Positions 12,136 through 24,020 of a DNA stretch of 64,000 nucleotides are shown here, in pieces (position 1 is the first letter of the stretch; each line of letters opens with the position of its first letter). The stretch comes from Chiloscyllium plagiosum (lineage: Eukaryota): contig NC_057719.1 of the NCBI RefSeq assembly GCF_004010195.1, forward strand, positions 53,784,204 through 53,848,203, given 5' to 3'. The position numbers and the translations under genes are program-made. The notes under the pieces were generated by a model that was given only the letters and a program-made list of their open reading frames with translations, ran no database searches and was not told the origin of the DNA.

Positions 12136-14051
12136 ACAGTATCTCATCACCGTGTCACTCTTTATTTACACTTCACACTTGACTCAGTCCAAGTTCTCTA
12201 AGTGCTCCTTATTGGTCTTCTCTGTTATTAGCATGTCATCCAGATAAATAATGATCTGGGGCAGACCTTTTCAAATGTTCTTGAACATTCACTGTACAAG
12301 CTGATGAAACCCCAAAGGGCAGAATGTATATTAATACAAACCCTCATGGGTATTCATTATAACATATTTCTGGGAATCCTCATCTAAGCACAATTGCAAG
12401 TACGCATGGCTTATGTCCAAATTTGTGAAGGATAGACCCCCTGTCAGCTTTGCATATAAATCCTCTATGCGAGGATTGGATATTTATCAGCTGTTAAAGT
12501 TGTTTAAAATCCCCACAAAGGCAAACTGAGCCATCAGGCTTCATAATCGGTCTGAGCAATGCTGCCCAATTTGTAAATTGGACTGGTTTGTTATTTCCTT
12601 CACTTTCCAGTTTCCTGATTTCTGGTTCTATTTCTGCCCATTAGACAAATGGCACAGGGCGGGCCTTGCAGAATCGTGGTCTTGCTTCCTGGTCGACATG
12701 TCAGTTGGCCTTGCTCTGTTGATAGTCCCTAGATCTTTCTGAAAAACTTCTGGGTATTTACTTTGGATTTCACTCAGTCAGCCATTTTCTAATCAAAAAA
12801 TGATGACCCAATCGAGGTAAATCTTTCTCAACCAATTTCACCCCATCAAGCTTGGGCCTGGGACTTTTAGTACAATCAGTGGGAACTGAACCAGATGCTT
12901 CTCAAACCGGAAACAAAATTATACCTTAATGTGTAAATGCTCCCAAGTCTAGGTTCTCAGTCTCACCGAGGGCTTGCACTAATTTAAGGCTTTGAATCCA
13001 AAATGAATTTGTTAAATTTGCCTCGCAGCGCCAGACACCCGAGTTCAATTCCTGCCTCGGGCAACTGTCTGTGTGGAGTTTGCACGTTCTCCCCGTGTCT
13101 GCGTGGGTTTCCTCTCACAGTCACAAAGATGTGCAGGTTAGGTGTATTGGCCATGCTAAATTGCCCATAGTGTTAGGTGTAGGGGAATGGATCTGGGTGG
13201 GTTGCTCTTCAGAGGGTTAGTGTGGACTTGTTGGGCCGAAGGGCCTGTTTCCACATTATAAATAATCTAAAATCTATTGAAAAAAGACTGGCCTTGCGAT
13301 CACTGAAACCACCGCACTGGTATTGACCTCCATTAGAACTGGGTGACCATTTAAACAAATGTTTATTTTTATTGGTTCTGATTTGTTCCAAACAAGGTGT
13401 AGGTGGATTTTCAAGGGTATTCATTCTTCTGTTGATACTGACCTTACTCAATTTAGATGCAATGAGACTCTTCTGCTGCCTAAAATCCATGCACTGGCAA
13501 ATGACTTGGTGATCCAGATCCTGAAGAAAATTTTAACTGTTTAGCTGGGACTTGGCTTTGTTTTGGGGTTTTGCTGTGGGCTGACCTAGAGCCCCTTTGT
13601 CCAGGATACGTCCTAAGTGAGGCTATGCAATGGCCCTTACTCAAGTGGTGTTCCCCAAGCTCAGCCAGCCTGGCGAGGGTGTCCACTTCCATCAGAATAC
13701 CCTGCAATGTATATGCTCCATTTGCTGCATTTCCCAATGATAAAGTCAGTCATAGCATGTATTTGAAGTCCAGCTGGCCTTCAGTTTGTAGACACTTTTG
13801 TATGGTTACACCATTATCCCTACTCTCAGTACCACTGAAATAGCTCCAAAGAGGCCAGTATCCAGTCACCAAGTCACCTTTTTTAAAAACATGGAAAGCC
13901 CTTGGCTTCCTCAGAGCCAGTTCTCAGGACCTCTAACACAGCTGTAGTTATTTGTCAGCAAAGGCTCGCTGATAGGACCAGACTAACAGCCCCAAGCAGG
14001 GAACTCATATTCTATGAGGTCCTCCTGGCTGACGTTGTTACAGTCACTACA
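12136..14051 (-). mobile_element. Degenerate Gypsy LTR retrotransposon (gag-PR-RT), internally deleted
   Basis: Minus-strand RT motifs FTNLDISHAYLQL and IIYLDDMLIT (~12225-12430); LTR-like segment 13835-14051 with a related fragment at ~12136-12185; interrupted by a SINE. Confidence 0.7.
13019..13278 (+). mobile_element. HE1-like SINE, 5'-truncated
   Basis: GAGTTCAATTCC B box, TGGCCATGCTAAATTGCCC, tail GGGCCGAAGGGCCTGTTTCCAC. Confidence 0.9.
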
Positions 14052-14344
14052 GAAGCAACCTGGATACAAAATTGACTGTGTGATAGAAAATATAGAGTAA
14101 TAATAATATTTTGTTCTGAGGACAGTTTATAATCGAGTTTGCCAGAGATCTGTATTTGGAGTCTTGCTTTTCCAGTTAATATATATGATCTCACTCTTGG
14201 TATGTTAGCTATCTCCTTTTTATCTCTTTTTTTTATTGATACAAACTCTCTAACATAGGCATCAAAAGTATCTTTGTCAGTTTGCATTCATCAGCCACAA
14301 CTACTAGTGCCATGAATGACAGTTTCTTTGTCCCATCAGATGTT

Positions 14345-15705
14345 ATAGTTGTCACAGAGTTACACAACATGGAAACAGACCCTTCCATGTCAACCAAATA
14401 GTCTAAACTGATCTAGTCACATTTGCCAGCATTTGACCCATATCCCTTTAAACCCTTCCTATTTACCCCTTGCTAATGCACCTAACCTACGCATCCCTGA
14501 ACACTATGGGCAATTTAGCACCGCCAATTCACCTGACCTGCACATCTTTGGATTGTGGGAGGAAACCGGAGCACCTGAAGGAAACACACGCAGACACGGG
14601 GAGAACTTGCAAACTCCACAGACAGTGACCCAATGTCTCGGTGGTTAGCACTGCTGCCTCATATCTCCAGGGACCTGGGTTTGATTCCAGCCTCAGGTGA
14701 CTGTCTGTGTGGAGTTTGCACATTCTCCCTGTGTCTGCATGAGTTTCCTCCAGGTGCTCCAGTTTCCTCCCACAATCCAAAGATGTGCAGGTTAGGTGAA
14801 TTGGCCATGCTAAATTGCCCATGGTGTTCAGGGATGTGTAGGTTAGGTGCATTAGTCAGGGGTAACTAGAGGAAAATAAGGTAGGGGAATGGATCTGTGT
14901 AGGTTACTCTTCGGAGAGTCGGTGTGGACTTGTTGGGCCAAATGGCCTGTTTTTACATTGCAGAGATTCTATGATACCATTCATATATCCATCCGGATGC
15001 CTTTTAAATGTTGTAATTGTACCAGTCTCCACCACTTCCTCTGGCAGCTCATTCCATACACACACCACCCTCTGCATGAAAAAGATTCCCCTCAGGACCC
15101 TTTTAAATCTTTCCCCTCTCATGTTAAACCCATGCTCTCTAGTTTTGAACACCCCTACCCTGGGAAAAAGACCTTGGCTATTTATCCTATCCATGCCCCA
15201 CAAGATTTTATAAACCTCCATAAGGTTACCCCTCAGCCTCCGATGCTCCAGGAAAATCAGCCTCAGCCTATTCAACCTCTCCCCATGGCTCAAACCCTCC
15301 AATCCCAGCAACATCCTTGAAAATCTTTATTGAACCCTTTCAAGTTTAACAAAATCTTTCCTACAGCAGGGAGACCAAAACTGAGTGCAGTGTTCTAAAA
15401 GTGATATCACCAATATCCTGCACAGCCGCAACAAGAAGTCTCAGCTCCGAGACTAAATGCACTGATCAATGAAGGTAATTGTGCAAACTCATTCTTCACC
15501 ACCCTGACCACCGGTGACTCCACTTTCAAGGAACTATGAACCTGCACCCTACAATCTCTTTGTTTGGTAACACTTCCCAGGACCCTACCATTACGTGTAT
15601 AAGTTCTGCCCTGATTTGCTGTTCCAAAATATAACACCTCACAGTTATCTAAATTAAACTCCATCTGCCACTCCTCGGCGCATTGACCCATCTGATCAAA
15701 GTTCT
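14345..15705 (-). mobile_element. CR1 LINE 3' fragment interrupted by an inverted HE1 pair
   Basis: Minus-strand ORFs WQMEFNLDNCEVLYFG and GLEGLSHGERLNRL; 3' tail at 14345-14462 resumes at ~14979. Confidence 0.88.
14463..14978. mobile_element. Inverted (head-to-head) HE1-like SINE pair
   Basis: 14463-14630 is the reverse complement of ~14695-14865; the + copy 14640-14975 is near full length. Confidence 0.85.
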
Positions 15706-18447
15706 GTTAAGGTGCTTTTTTAAACACCTTATCATTTCACCACTATGTTCTAATTTTTAGGCATAGACCCATACACCAGCTGAAAGCTATTTGCTTTAGT
15801 CTTTTGAAGTATAGATAGGCCTGTGTGTTTATTTTTAAATGGGAATTCAGGTCTTGCTGGCAATATGCCTCTGAGACTTGGTTCTTAAACACTAAACATC
15901 GCAGCTTTGGTTTGCTTATACCTGCCCCTCACCTCAGAGGACAATTGAATTAGATTTATTGGACCTCTCAGTCGATTGATCTGGTATAACAACAGGCCAT
16001 GGAGGGTATTGTCTCTTCACTTGAGTGGCATGGGCAGTGGTGAGAAAATTAGGAAAATACAATGAAAATGAAAAAATCAGATTCTCCACATTAACAAAAA
16101 TAATTCTGGTTTCTTCTCAGAGTTTAAATAATGATTTCTGAACCTCACTAATGAGCAGAGACTACCTTATTTTCATTTAATCTAAAAGTTGGGACATCTT
16201 GTTGCGGCTGTGCAGGACATTGGTGATACCTCTGTTTGCATGTCATCATTAGCTAAATTCACCTCATTTCTGTGCAGCTCCCAATTCTCCTCTCCTTCAT
16301 GAGAAACCGGAGGGCACCAATTCCTGATGTGAAAGTCAGAATGGCAGCAGCTCATTGCTATTTCTCCAGGCCTTCTGACAACTCTGACTTCACCACCATG
16401 TCCCAGTATGATCTATGGACACCATTCTCTTTAACCCTTTGTTCATGCAATCACCAGCATCAACACATTATTACAGTGGCTTTCACTTCAACTCACACAC
16501 CACTTCAGCCCTTCAGAACTTCACATTGGAGTTCAAGAATACCTGAACTGCATGCTTCTGTCAGGTCACTTTGTGTCTAGGAAAACACACACAGACACCT
16601 CATACATCTTCACAGATTGCATCATAGCCTTTGTAGTAACCTGGGACCTGGGTATTAACTGTTAGGGCATTTATCAAAGTGCTGCAGAGTTCTGGGAGAA
16701 GTGGGAACTCACATCTGGCTCATTGGACTGAGTTCCGAAGTGAAGGATGAGAGTGAAAGAGGATAAAAGGCTGTGATTGCATCAACTATAAATTAATGAG
16801 CTGTGGGAAGGCTATTTTTTCACAATTGCCAATTGCTTTGGCCTCAGCATAGGGAGAGTGTATGGCTAACAAAGGCATGACAATTCGCAAAGCCATGCGC
16901 TAAGGGATTAACTGGGGCATTAATGGCTATAAAAGGGACGATCAAAAAAGATGGTGCCAGATGTCATTGAGTATTGAGGGACAGAAAGAGAAAAAAAGAT
17001 AATGAGGAGAGGGGGAGGGGATCACCATTCATCTCCAAGTTGAAACCTTGCCACCTTTGATCCAAAGAAAACTGCATCAAAATGAGGCAGAATGGCTTCC
17101 ACTACATGCAGAGTGGGTGGAGTAAAATACAGTTGGAAAAGGTCAGGTAATTCTCAGTATCAGTTTTGAAAGTCATCAAACTCAATAAAAGCAATTTCTA
17201 AAAAGATACGTAAATATTATGGCTGCATGTGTATGATAACACCTCAAGCTGTAATTGTATCTGTAAATATAACTAATTCTTTTCAGGGAATTAGCTGTTT
17301 GGCAAACTTATGCAGCAACATATTCAGGGCCTTCTGATTCAGGGCCTTCTGCACTGTAACTCAATGCAAAGGGTGTTTTATGTGTAATGCACCTGAAGAA
17401 CGTTGAAAGTGGATCAGAGCATTAAAGCAGGGATGCACATTGATATTCTGCAACATAATCTGTAATCAACTTGAAGGACTTCCCCTTTCAGCTTTGCAAA
17501 GGCTTCCTTTATGCTGAAGTACTTTGTTATTTGCACTCAGTATGATGACCCAACAGTTTAAATTGGAGTTTCTAAAACAAAATGAAACTATCACCTACTG
17601 CCTACTGAGTTACATTATTATATGCATATTGATACAGAAGTGAATTATATCTATGTCGAAGTTCTACAATGTTCTGACCTGCTGTCATGATTAGAGTAAT
17701 AGATTGCATTCATGTGTAGATTAATAATTCTAGACCAAAGATGTTTCAGAAATACAAAACATTATTTATCAAATGAAATTTAGAATATAAAAATGAAACA
17801 TATAAGGTATTTTGGGTATATTCTCATTTGAATTATCACTTATATCTCCCACACATTTTATAACCAGTTATCTTTTTTTTCCCAAACTGCTGAGTATAAT
17901 GCATAGTGAGTCATATTGGAAATCAAGAAAGGGAAGACTAAATGATGGCGTGACAAAATAATACCAGAGTTTCAGACGATCCAAAATAAATTGAGGGTGT
18001 TGATGATGAAGTTAATTACATGTGCTTAGTCTCCAGAATGACCAAGATAGAGCATAGGTTTAGTTTGCATTTTGCTGAAAATTACATTTTTTGTAAAGGA
18101 AGTGAAAGATGTCCTAGGAATGGCTGTCCATGTGATCAGAAAAAATATAAAGATGTTTATTATTACTTAAATTACCTGCTAGCACTCATTAAGAAAACAG
18201 GACAGCATTTGGTGTTTGACACTTGAGCTAACAATCGCTTGCCTATACAATGACTAGTTGACTGAGTATAACATGTTATTGAGTATTTCAAGTGATACTT
18301 AAAGCGTACTCATCTTTTATTGTTCATTTGCTTCTCAAAGTTTGAAAATTACATTTGAAACTTTCTTCTTAAACTTGTCAAGGTTTCACCAACATCCTTG
18401 CAATTATCTGAAAATAATTCATCAAAAAATGAGTAAGTGCTATGTAT

Positions 18448-19798
18448 TTCTTTAATTCACTCAGGAATTGTGGGCTTCTCCTCCTCGGCCGGTGTTTATT
18501 GTCCACCCTGAATGCCCTGGAGAAGATGGTACTGCCTTATCTTCTTGAACTTCTGAGGCTCGTATGGTGTATGGACACCAGCAGTGGTGTAAGGAATGGA
18601 ATTCCTCAATTTTGACCTTCTGACTGTGAAGGAATGGCAATTATATTTCCAAGGTGAAAGTGAGGACTGCAGATGCTGGAGATTAAAGTCAAGATTAGAG
18701 TGGTGCTGGAAAAGCACAGCAGGTCAGGCAGCATCTGAGGAGCAGAAACTCAATGTTTCAGGCAGGAGCCCTTCATCAGGAATGAGTTTGGGAGCTTTGG
18801 GGGTGGAGAGATAAATGGGAGGGGGTGGAGCTGGGGAGAAGGTATTTATATTTCCAAGTCAGGATACTATGTGGCTTAAAAGGGAACATGCAAGTGGTGA
18901 CATGCCATCTATCTGCTTCCTGTTATCATTCTGAAAGCTAGAGGTTGTAGGCATTGTCTTGTGAATTACTGGAGTACATCTTGTACACACTACAGAGACT
19001 TATGTATCCATGGTGAAGGAATGAACATTTCAAGCAGTTGCATGGGGTGCCAATTAAGCATACTGCTTTGTCCTGGATGGTGTTGAGTTTCTTGAAGCTG
19101 CATCTGGGCCAGTGGAAAGTCTTTAGTCACACTTCTGAATTGTGTCTTGCAGATAGGCTTTGAGGAGTCACAACAGGAGCTTTTAACAACAGAATTCCCA
19201 GGCTCTGACCTGCTTTTCTAATATATTAATATAGCAGGAACAGGTCTGGTTAATGCTGACACTAGCATGTTGATATTGAGAGATTCAGTGATGATAATCC
19301 GATGGACTGTCAAGAGGTAGTATTTGGGGTCTCTCTTGTTGAAGCTAGTCACTGTCTGACACTCGTGTGGCATGAATATTACTTGCTACTAATCAGTGTA
19401 GCTTAAATTTGTCAGGTCTCGCTGCATGTGAACAGGTATTGTTTCAGTAACTGAGGCGGTGTGAATAATGTTGAATACTGTGCAATGAGCACCCTCACAT
19501 CTGATCATATGTTGGACAGAAGGTCATTGATGAAACAACTGAAGATGGGTAGGTCTAGGACATTACCTGAGGAACTCATGCAGTGATGTTCTGTGGCTGA
19601 GATGATTAATCTCCAACAAAAACAATACCAACTTTGTTTTTGCTCGGTGCGACTCCAACCAGTAGAAATTTCTATTAGCTTCAAATTTTCTTCGGGTTCC
19701 TTGATGCCATGTTTGATCAAATGCTGCTTTTATATGAAGGGAAGTCACTCTCACCTCAACACTTGAACTGAGCTTTTTTGTCTATGTTTGGATCAAGG
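18448..19798 (-). mobile_element. Old CR1-group (L2/Crack-type) LINE RT and 3' end; continues at 24727-24860
   Basis: Minus-strand IKAAFDQTWHQG and PIFSCFINDLLS motifs; 3' tail shared with the SINE at 6037; split by the LTR element with TSD AAGG. Confidence 0.75.
18654..18845 (-). mobile_element. Penelope-like terminal fragment (family 1)
   Basis: Perfect 13 bp TSD TTATATTTCCAAG at 18641-18653 and 18846-18858; hammerhead-like core on the minus strand at ~18750-18782. Confidence 0.85.
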
Positions 19799-22469
19799 TG
19801 TTATGACATGGGGAAAACCCTCCTGCCTAATTTAAACCAGCAACACAGAAAAGATTTGTCCTATGCAGTAATCTGTGAAAATTCAAGAGGCCGAGAGCTA
19901 TTTAAAATAAAAAAATAACAACTTTATTTTTTAAAGTATAACAGAAAATAATTAACTAACAACTATTTGCAAGTCCTTCCTCTAACCTATCTTTTACTTT
20001 CCCTTCTATAATAATAGTCGGATAAAATCCCTGATTAAGATTTACCAAAAATTCAAATTTCAAAAGCATCCAGCAGTGGAATCTTCTTTTTATAATTTCC
20101 TCTGTAGATTTGTTCTCCAGTTCAGTGTTGATATTTTTTTCAACTGCGTTCTATGCTCCTGAGACAGAAAGCTTACTAACCTATCCCACTCCTCAAGGAT
20201 TTCTTCATTTTAAAATTTATTTTGAGGAACCTCAAAATCCACATATCTGGATTTGATTTCTCACTCTGCGGGGCAGTAACTAACACCCATTTCTCCAGTT
20301 CTTTGTCTCTAGGATAATACTGTTTCAACGTGTTCACATAACATACCCGATGCCATTTTTTTCTATCTGGCATCTTTCCTAGATAGTTCACCTGACTCAA
20401 CTTTTTCTCAATTTTATGGGGACCACTAAACCTTGCTTTGAAGGGATCTCCTATCACTGGTAACAGTACTAACACATCATCTCCTCGCAAAAATGTCCGA
20501 GTCTCAGGGCTTTTATCTGCCACTTGCTTCATTCTACACTGTGCCCTCTTTAGGTGCTGTTAAGCTAACTCACCTACTCGATTTAGTCTCTCCCTCACCT
20601 CTGATACATAATCTAAGTGTGAGATCTCCAAGTTTGGTTCTGTCAATTTTTCTTTAGTTCATTTCAAAGGGCCTCTGGCTTCATGACTGAACATTAACTC
20701 AAAGGGAATGAACTGAGTAGATTCATTTGAGGCATCTCTAATTGCAAACAATACGCATGGGATATCTTTAACCCAATCATTCGGGTAATCCTGACAGTAT
20801 GCTCTCAACATGGTCATCAAGGTCTGATGCCACCCTTCTAAAGCTCCCTGGGATTCAGGATGATATGCACTGAATTTGAAGTGCTGTATCCCAAGCTATC
20901 CATAACCTCCTCGAACAGCCTAGCAGTAAAATTTGACCCTTGGTCTAACTGAATCTCTCTGGGGACCCATACCATGTGAAGAAAGCTATTAACTCCTCTA
21001 CCATCTTTTTGCCTTAATACTCCATAATGAAATTGCCTCCAGAAATCTGGTAGACACATCCATTATAGGGTTAACAAGTACTGGTTCCCACTTATACTTC
21101 TCGGGAGAGGACCTACACAATCAATTATAACCCGCATGAAAGGTTCTTCAAATGTGTAAATTGGCAACAAAAGTGTTGGTTTTATTACCGTCTGTGGCTT
21201 ACCTACCATTTGACATGTATGATACTTATGGCAGAAACTTAACCACATCCTTGTGCATTCCAGGCCATTAAAAATGTTTTTGTACCTTAGCCTGAGTCTT
21301 TTGTACCCTTAGGTGACCACCTACAGGTAGTTCATGTGCTACCCGTAATACTTCGTGTCTGTATGCTACCGGCAACACAATCTGGTGTACTTCAGCTCAT
21401 TTCTCCTCTGCACTAACATGCAGTGGTCTCCATTTCCACTTAGGATTCTACCTTTGAGATAATAACCCTCCAGAATATTCTCTGCCTCCTTTTCGGAGTA
21501 GGCATCCATACAGATATTTTATTGTCTTGTCTTGCTGTTGCAAGTCTCTTATCTTTCAGAGATAAACTTCTGTCTGACCCTCTGCCTGTTCAGGTTGTTC
21601 CTGCACCATTATGTCAAACAGGGTATCCACTAGTTGAACCTCAACTCCTTCATCTTTCTCTTTACTTTTTGCTTCGTGCTGTGACTTATGATAGTGAGAT
21701 CTTGTTACTACACAGTCTGGGAAAATACCAGGATATTTCTGTTTTAATTCCTCAGTTTCTGGGTCTTCCTTGGGTTTACCCACAACAAGCAGAGTCATTC
21801 CCACCTTGTATCGTGCCAAATCATTCCCAAGAACAAACTGAATTCCAGGAACTGACACTCTGTCAATCACTCCCACTGTATCTTCCAAGTTTTGTGTTCG
21901 CACTTCAACCTGATCTTACATAGGGGAACATTAAATTTCTATCCATCTATCCACACTCTAGGGTAACAGATCAGAAAGAGTGCTTATTTGCTCAACTCTT
22001 ACTCTCAGCGACTGGTTAAATCCTGTATCTCCCAAAATGATAACTTCTTGTCCTTCTCCTCCAGTTCTTTCTGAGTAAACTCTACCCACAGAGGCAAATG
22101 CTTTATTGAAATCAGATGCTAACTCCATACACAGCAGAGGGGAGGCTGTGCACTCTCCTGCAGCTCCTCGGCTCTTCTTGGGGTCTCCTTTACTACCTTC
22201 ACTAATGCCACTGGCTTAGCTTCTTTGACCACAACTTTTCCCACAGTGCCTTTCTTTAATGTACAGCACTGTGACATTACATGTTCCACTTTACCACAGT
22301 GGAAACACCTGAGGCTTTTCACCTCCTTTCCATCCTCTGCAGCTTCCTTTTTTTTGTCCTGTGGTAAATTCTTACCAGTGCTCTCTACTCTTGGTTTTGT
22401 AGTGTAGGATCACCCCTTCTCCCAATTTCTATCCCTCACAAGATGAAATTCTGGCCAGAAGCTTATCTT

Positions 22470-22950
22470 ATGCACCAACATGTACTCATCTGCTAATTCT
22501 ACTGCCCTTTTCACTTCCTGAACTTTTTGTTCCTCCATGTGAATTCTTACCATCTCTGGAAGTGAGTTTTTAAACTCCTCCAGCAGAATAATCTCTTATA
22601 GAACCCCAAAGGTAATATCTATTTTCAAAGCACAGACCCATATATCAAAATGACTATGTTTAATTCTTTCAAACACAACATAAGTCTGACCTGGTTCCTT
22701 CTTTGTGTTTCTGAACGGCTGTCTATATGCTTCTGGTACCAATTCATTAGCACATAAAATAGCATGTTTGACCTCTTCATAATCTCTTAACCCCTCATCT
22801 GACAACGCAGCAAATACCTCACTAGCTCTGCTTACCGGTTTAGTCTGAATTAGCATTACCCATAAATCCTCGGACCACTCCATCTGCTGAGCCAATTTTT
22901 CAAAAGAAATAAAGAAGACTTCAAAATCTTTCTCATCAAAACGTGGCAGA
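22470..22950 (-). pseudogene. Gag capsid region with SCAN-like domain of the Gmr1-like element
   Basis: ...DYEEVKHAILCANELVPEAYRQPFRNTKKEPGQTYVVFER...IILLEEFKNSLPEMVRIHMEE; in-frame stop at 22596-22598. Confidence 0.8.
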
Positions 22951-23475
22951 GATTTGTATATTTGTATATATCACTACATTCTTTTTTTAATCTCCATCCT
23001 GTTAACTTGATTTGGTTGACATAGTCTCAACTTCTCAAGTTCAAATTCTCATTCTTTTGCTCAGGTAAGAACCATCTCTCTCTCTTTTCATTCTCTTTCA
23101 CTCTCTCTCTCCTATCTCTGTTTCTCTTTCTCTCTACATTTGTTTATCTCCTAACTCCATTTTCCTCAATTGTAATTTAAGTTTTTCTATCTCTACTGCA
23201 CCTGTCTGTTTCTCTGGCAAACCTATTTGTTTGAGTATTTCCCTTACAATTTCATCTTTACTTTTGTCCTTGGTTTAACCCAAATCTAACTTATTTGCTA
23301 ATTCTAAAAGTATGATCTTTTTCTTTCCTTTTGAACTTCCTTGGCAAATTTGAGAATCATCTTCAAATCCCAGAACCTCTTTTGCAATTTTAAGAGCCAT
23401 TTGTCTCACTTTTAATTTAATCAACTGCAAGTCTCCAAAATTAAACAAATTGCCTCACCTATGTTTTATTTGAAG

Positions 23476-23914
23476 GGAGAGGTTGAGTAGGCTAGGGCTG
23501 TTTTACCTGGAGCATCGGAGGCTAAGGGGTGACCTTATAGAGGTCTATCAAATCATGAGGGGCATGGATAGGATAAATCAACAAAGTCTTTTCCCTGGGG
23601 TGGGGGCGGAGTCCAGAACTAGAGGGCATAGGTTTAGGGTGAAAGGGGAAAGATATAAAAGAGAGCTAAGGGGTAACTTATTCACTCAAAGGATGGTACG
23701 TGTATGGAATGAGCTGCCAGAGGAAGTGGTGGAGCGTAGTACAATTGCAACATTTAAAAGGCATCTGGATGGGTATATGAATAGGAAGCATTTGGAGGGA
23801 TTTGGGCAGGGTGCTGGTAGGTGGGACTAGATGGGTTGGGATATCTGGTTGGCATGGACGAGTTCGACCGAAGGGTCTGTTTTCGTGCTGTACATCTCCA
23901 TGACTATGACTCTA
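23476..23914 (+). mobile_element. CR1 LINE 3' fragment inserted in the Gmr1 5' leader
   Basis: ORF RLGLFYLEHRRLRGDLIEVYQIMRG...GAGRWD; tail CATGACTATGACTCTA. Confidence 0.92.
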
Positions 23915-24000
23915 TTTAGGTAACTAACCTGCAAGTGTTTAAGACTGCTGGGATTTTTCATACCCCCAAATTAATTCAAATGTGTCTAAACCAGTTCAAA

Positions 24001-24020
24001 TTCCAGCGATGAGCCCCCAA
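24001..24020 (-). promoter_or_regulatory. Primer binding site, tRNA-Pro-like
   Basis: Minus strand TGGGGGCTCATC a few nt inside the 5' LTR resembles the tRNA-Pro PBS TGGGGGCTCGTCC. Confidence 0.75.

Noticed and set aside
17322..17351. 15-bp tandem duplication ATTCAGGGCCTTCTG
   Set aside because: An ordinary local duplication with no further structure.
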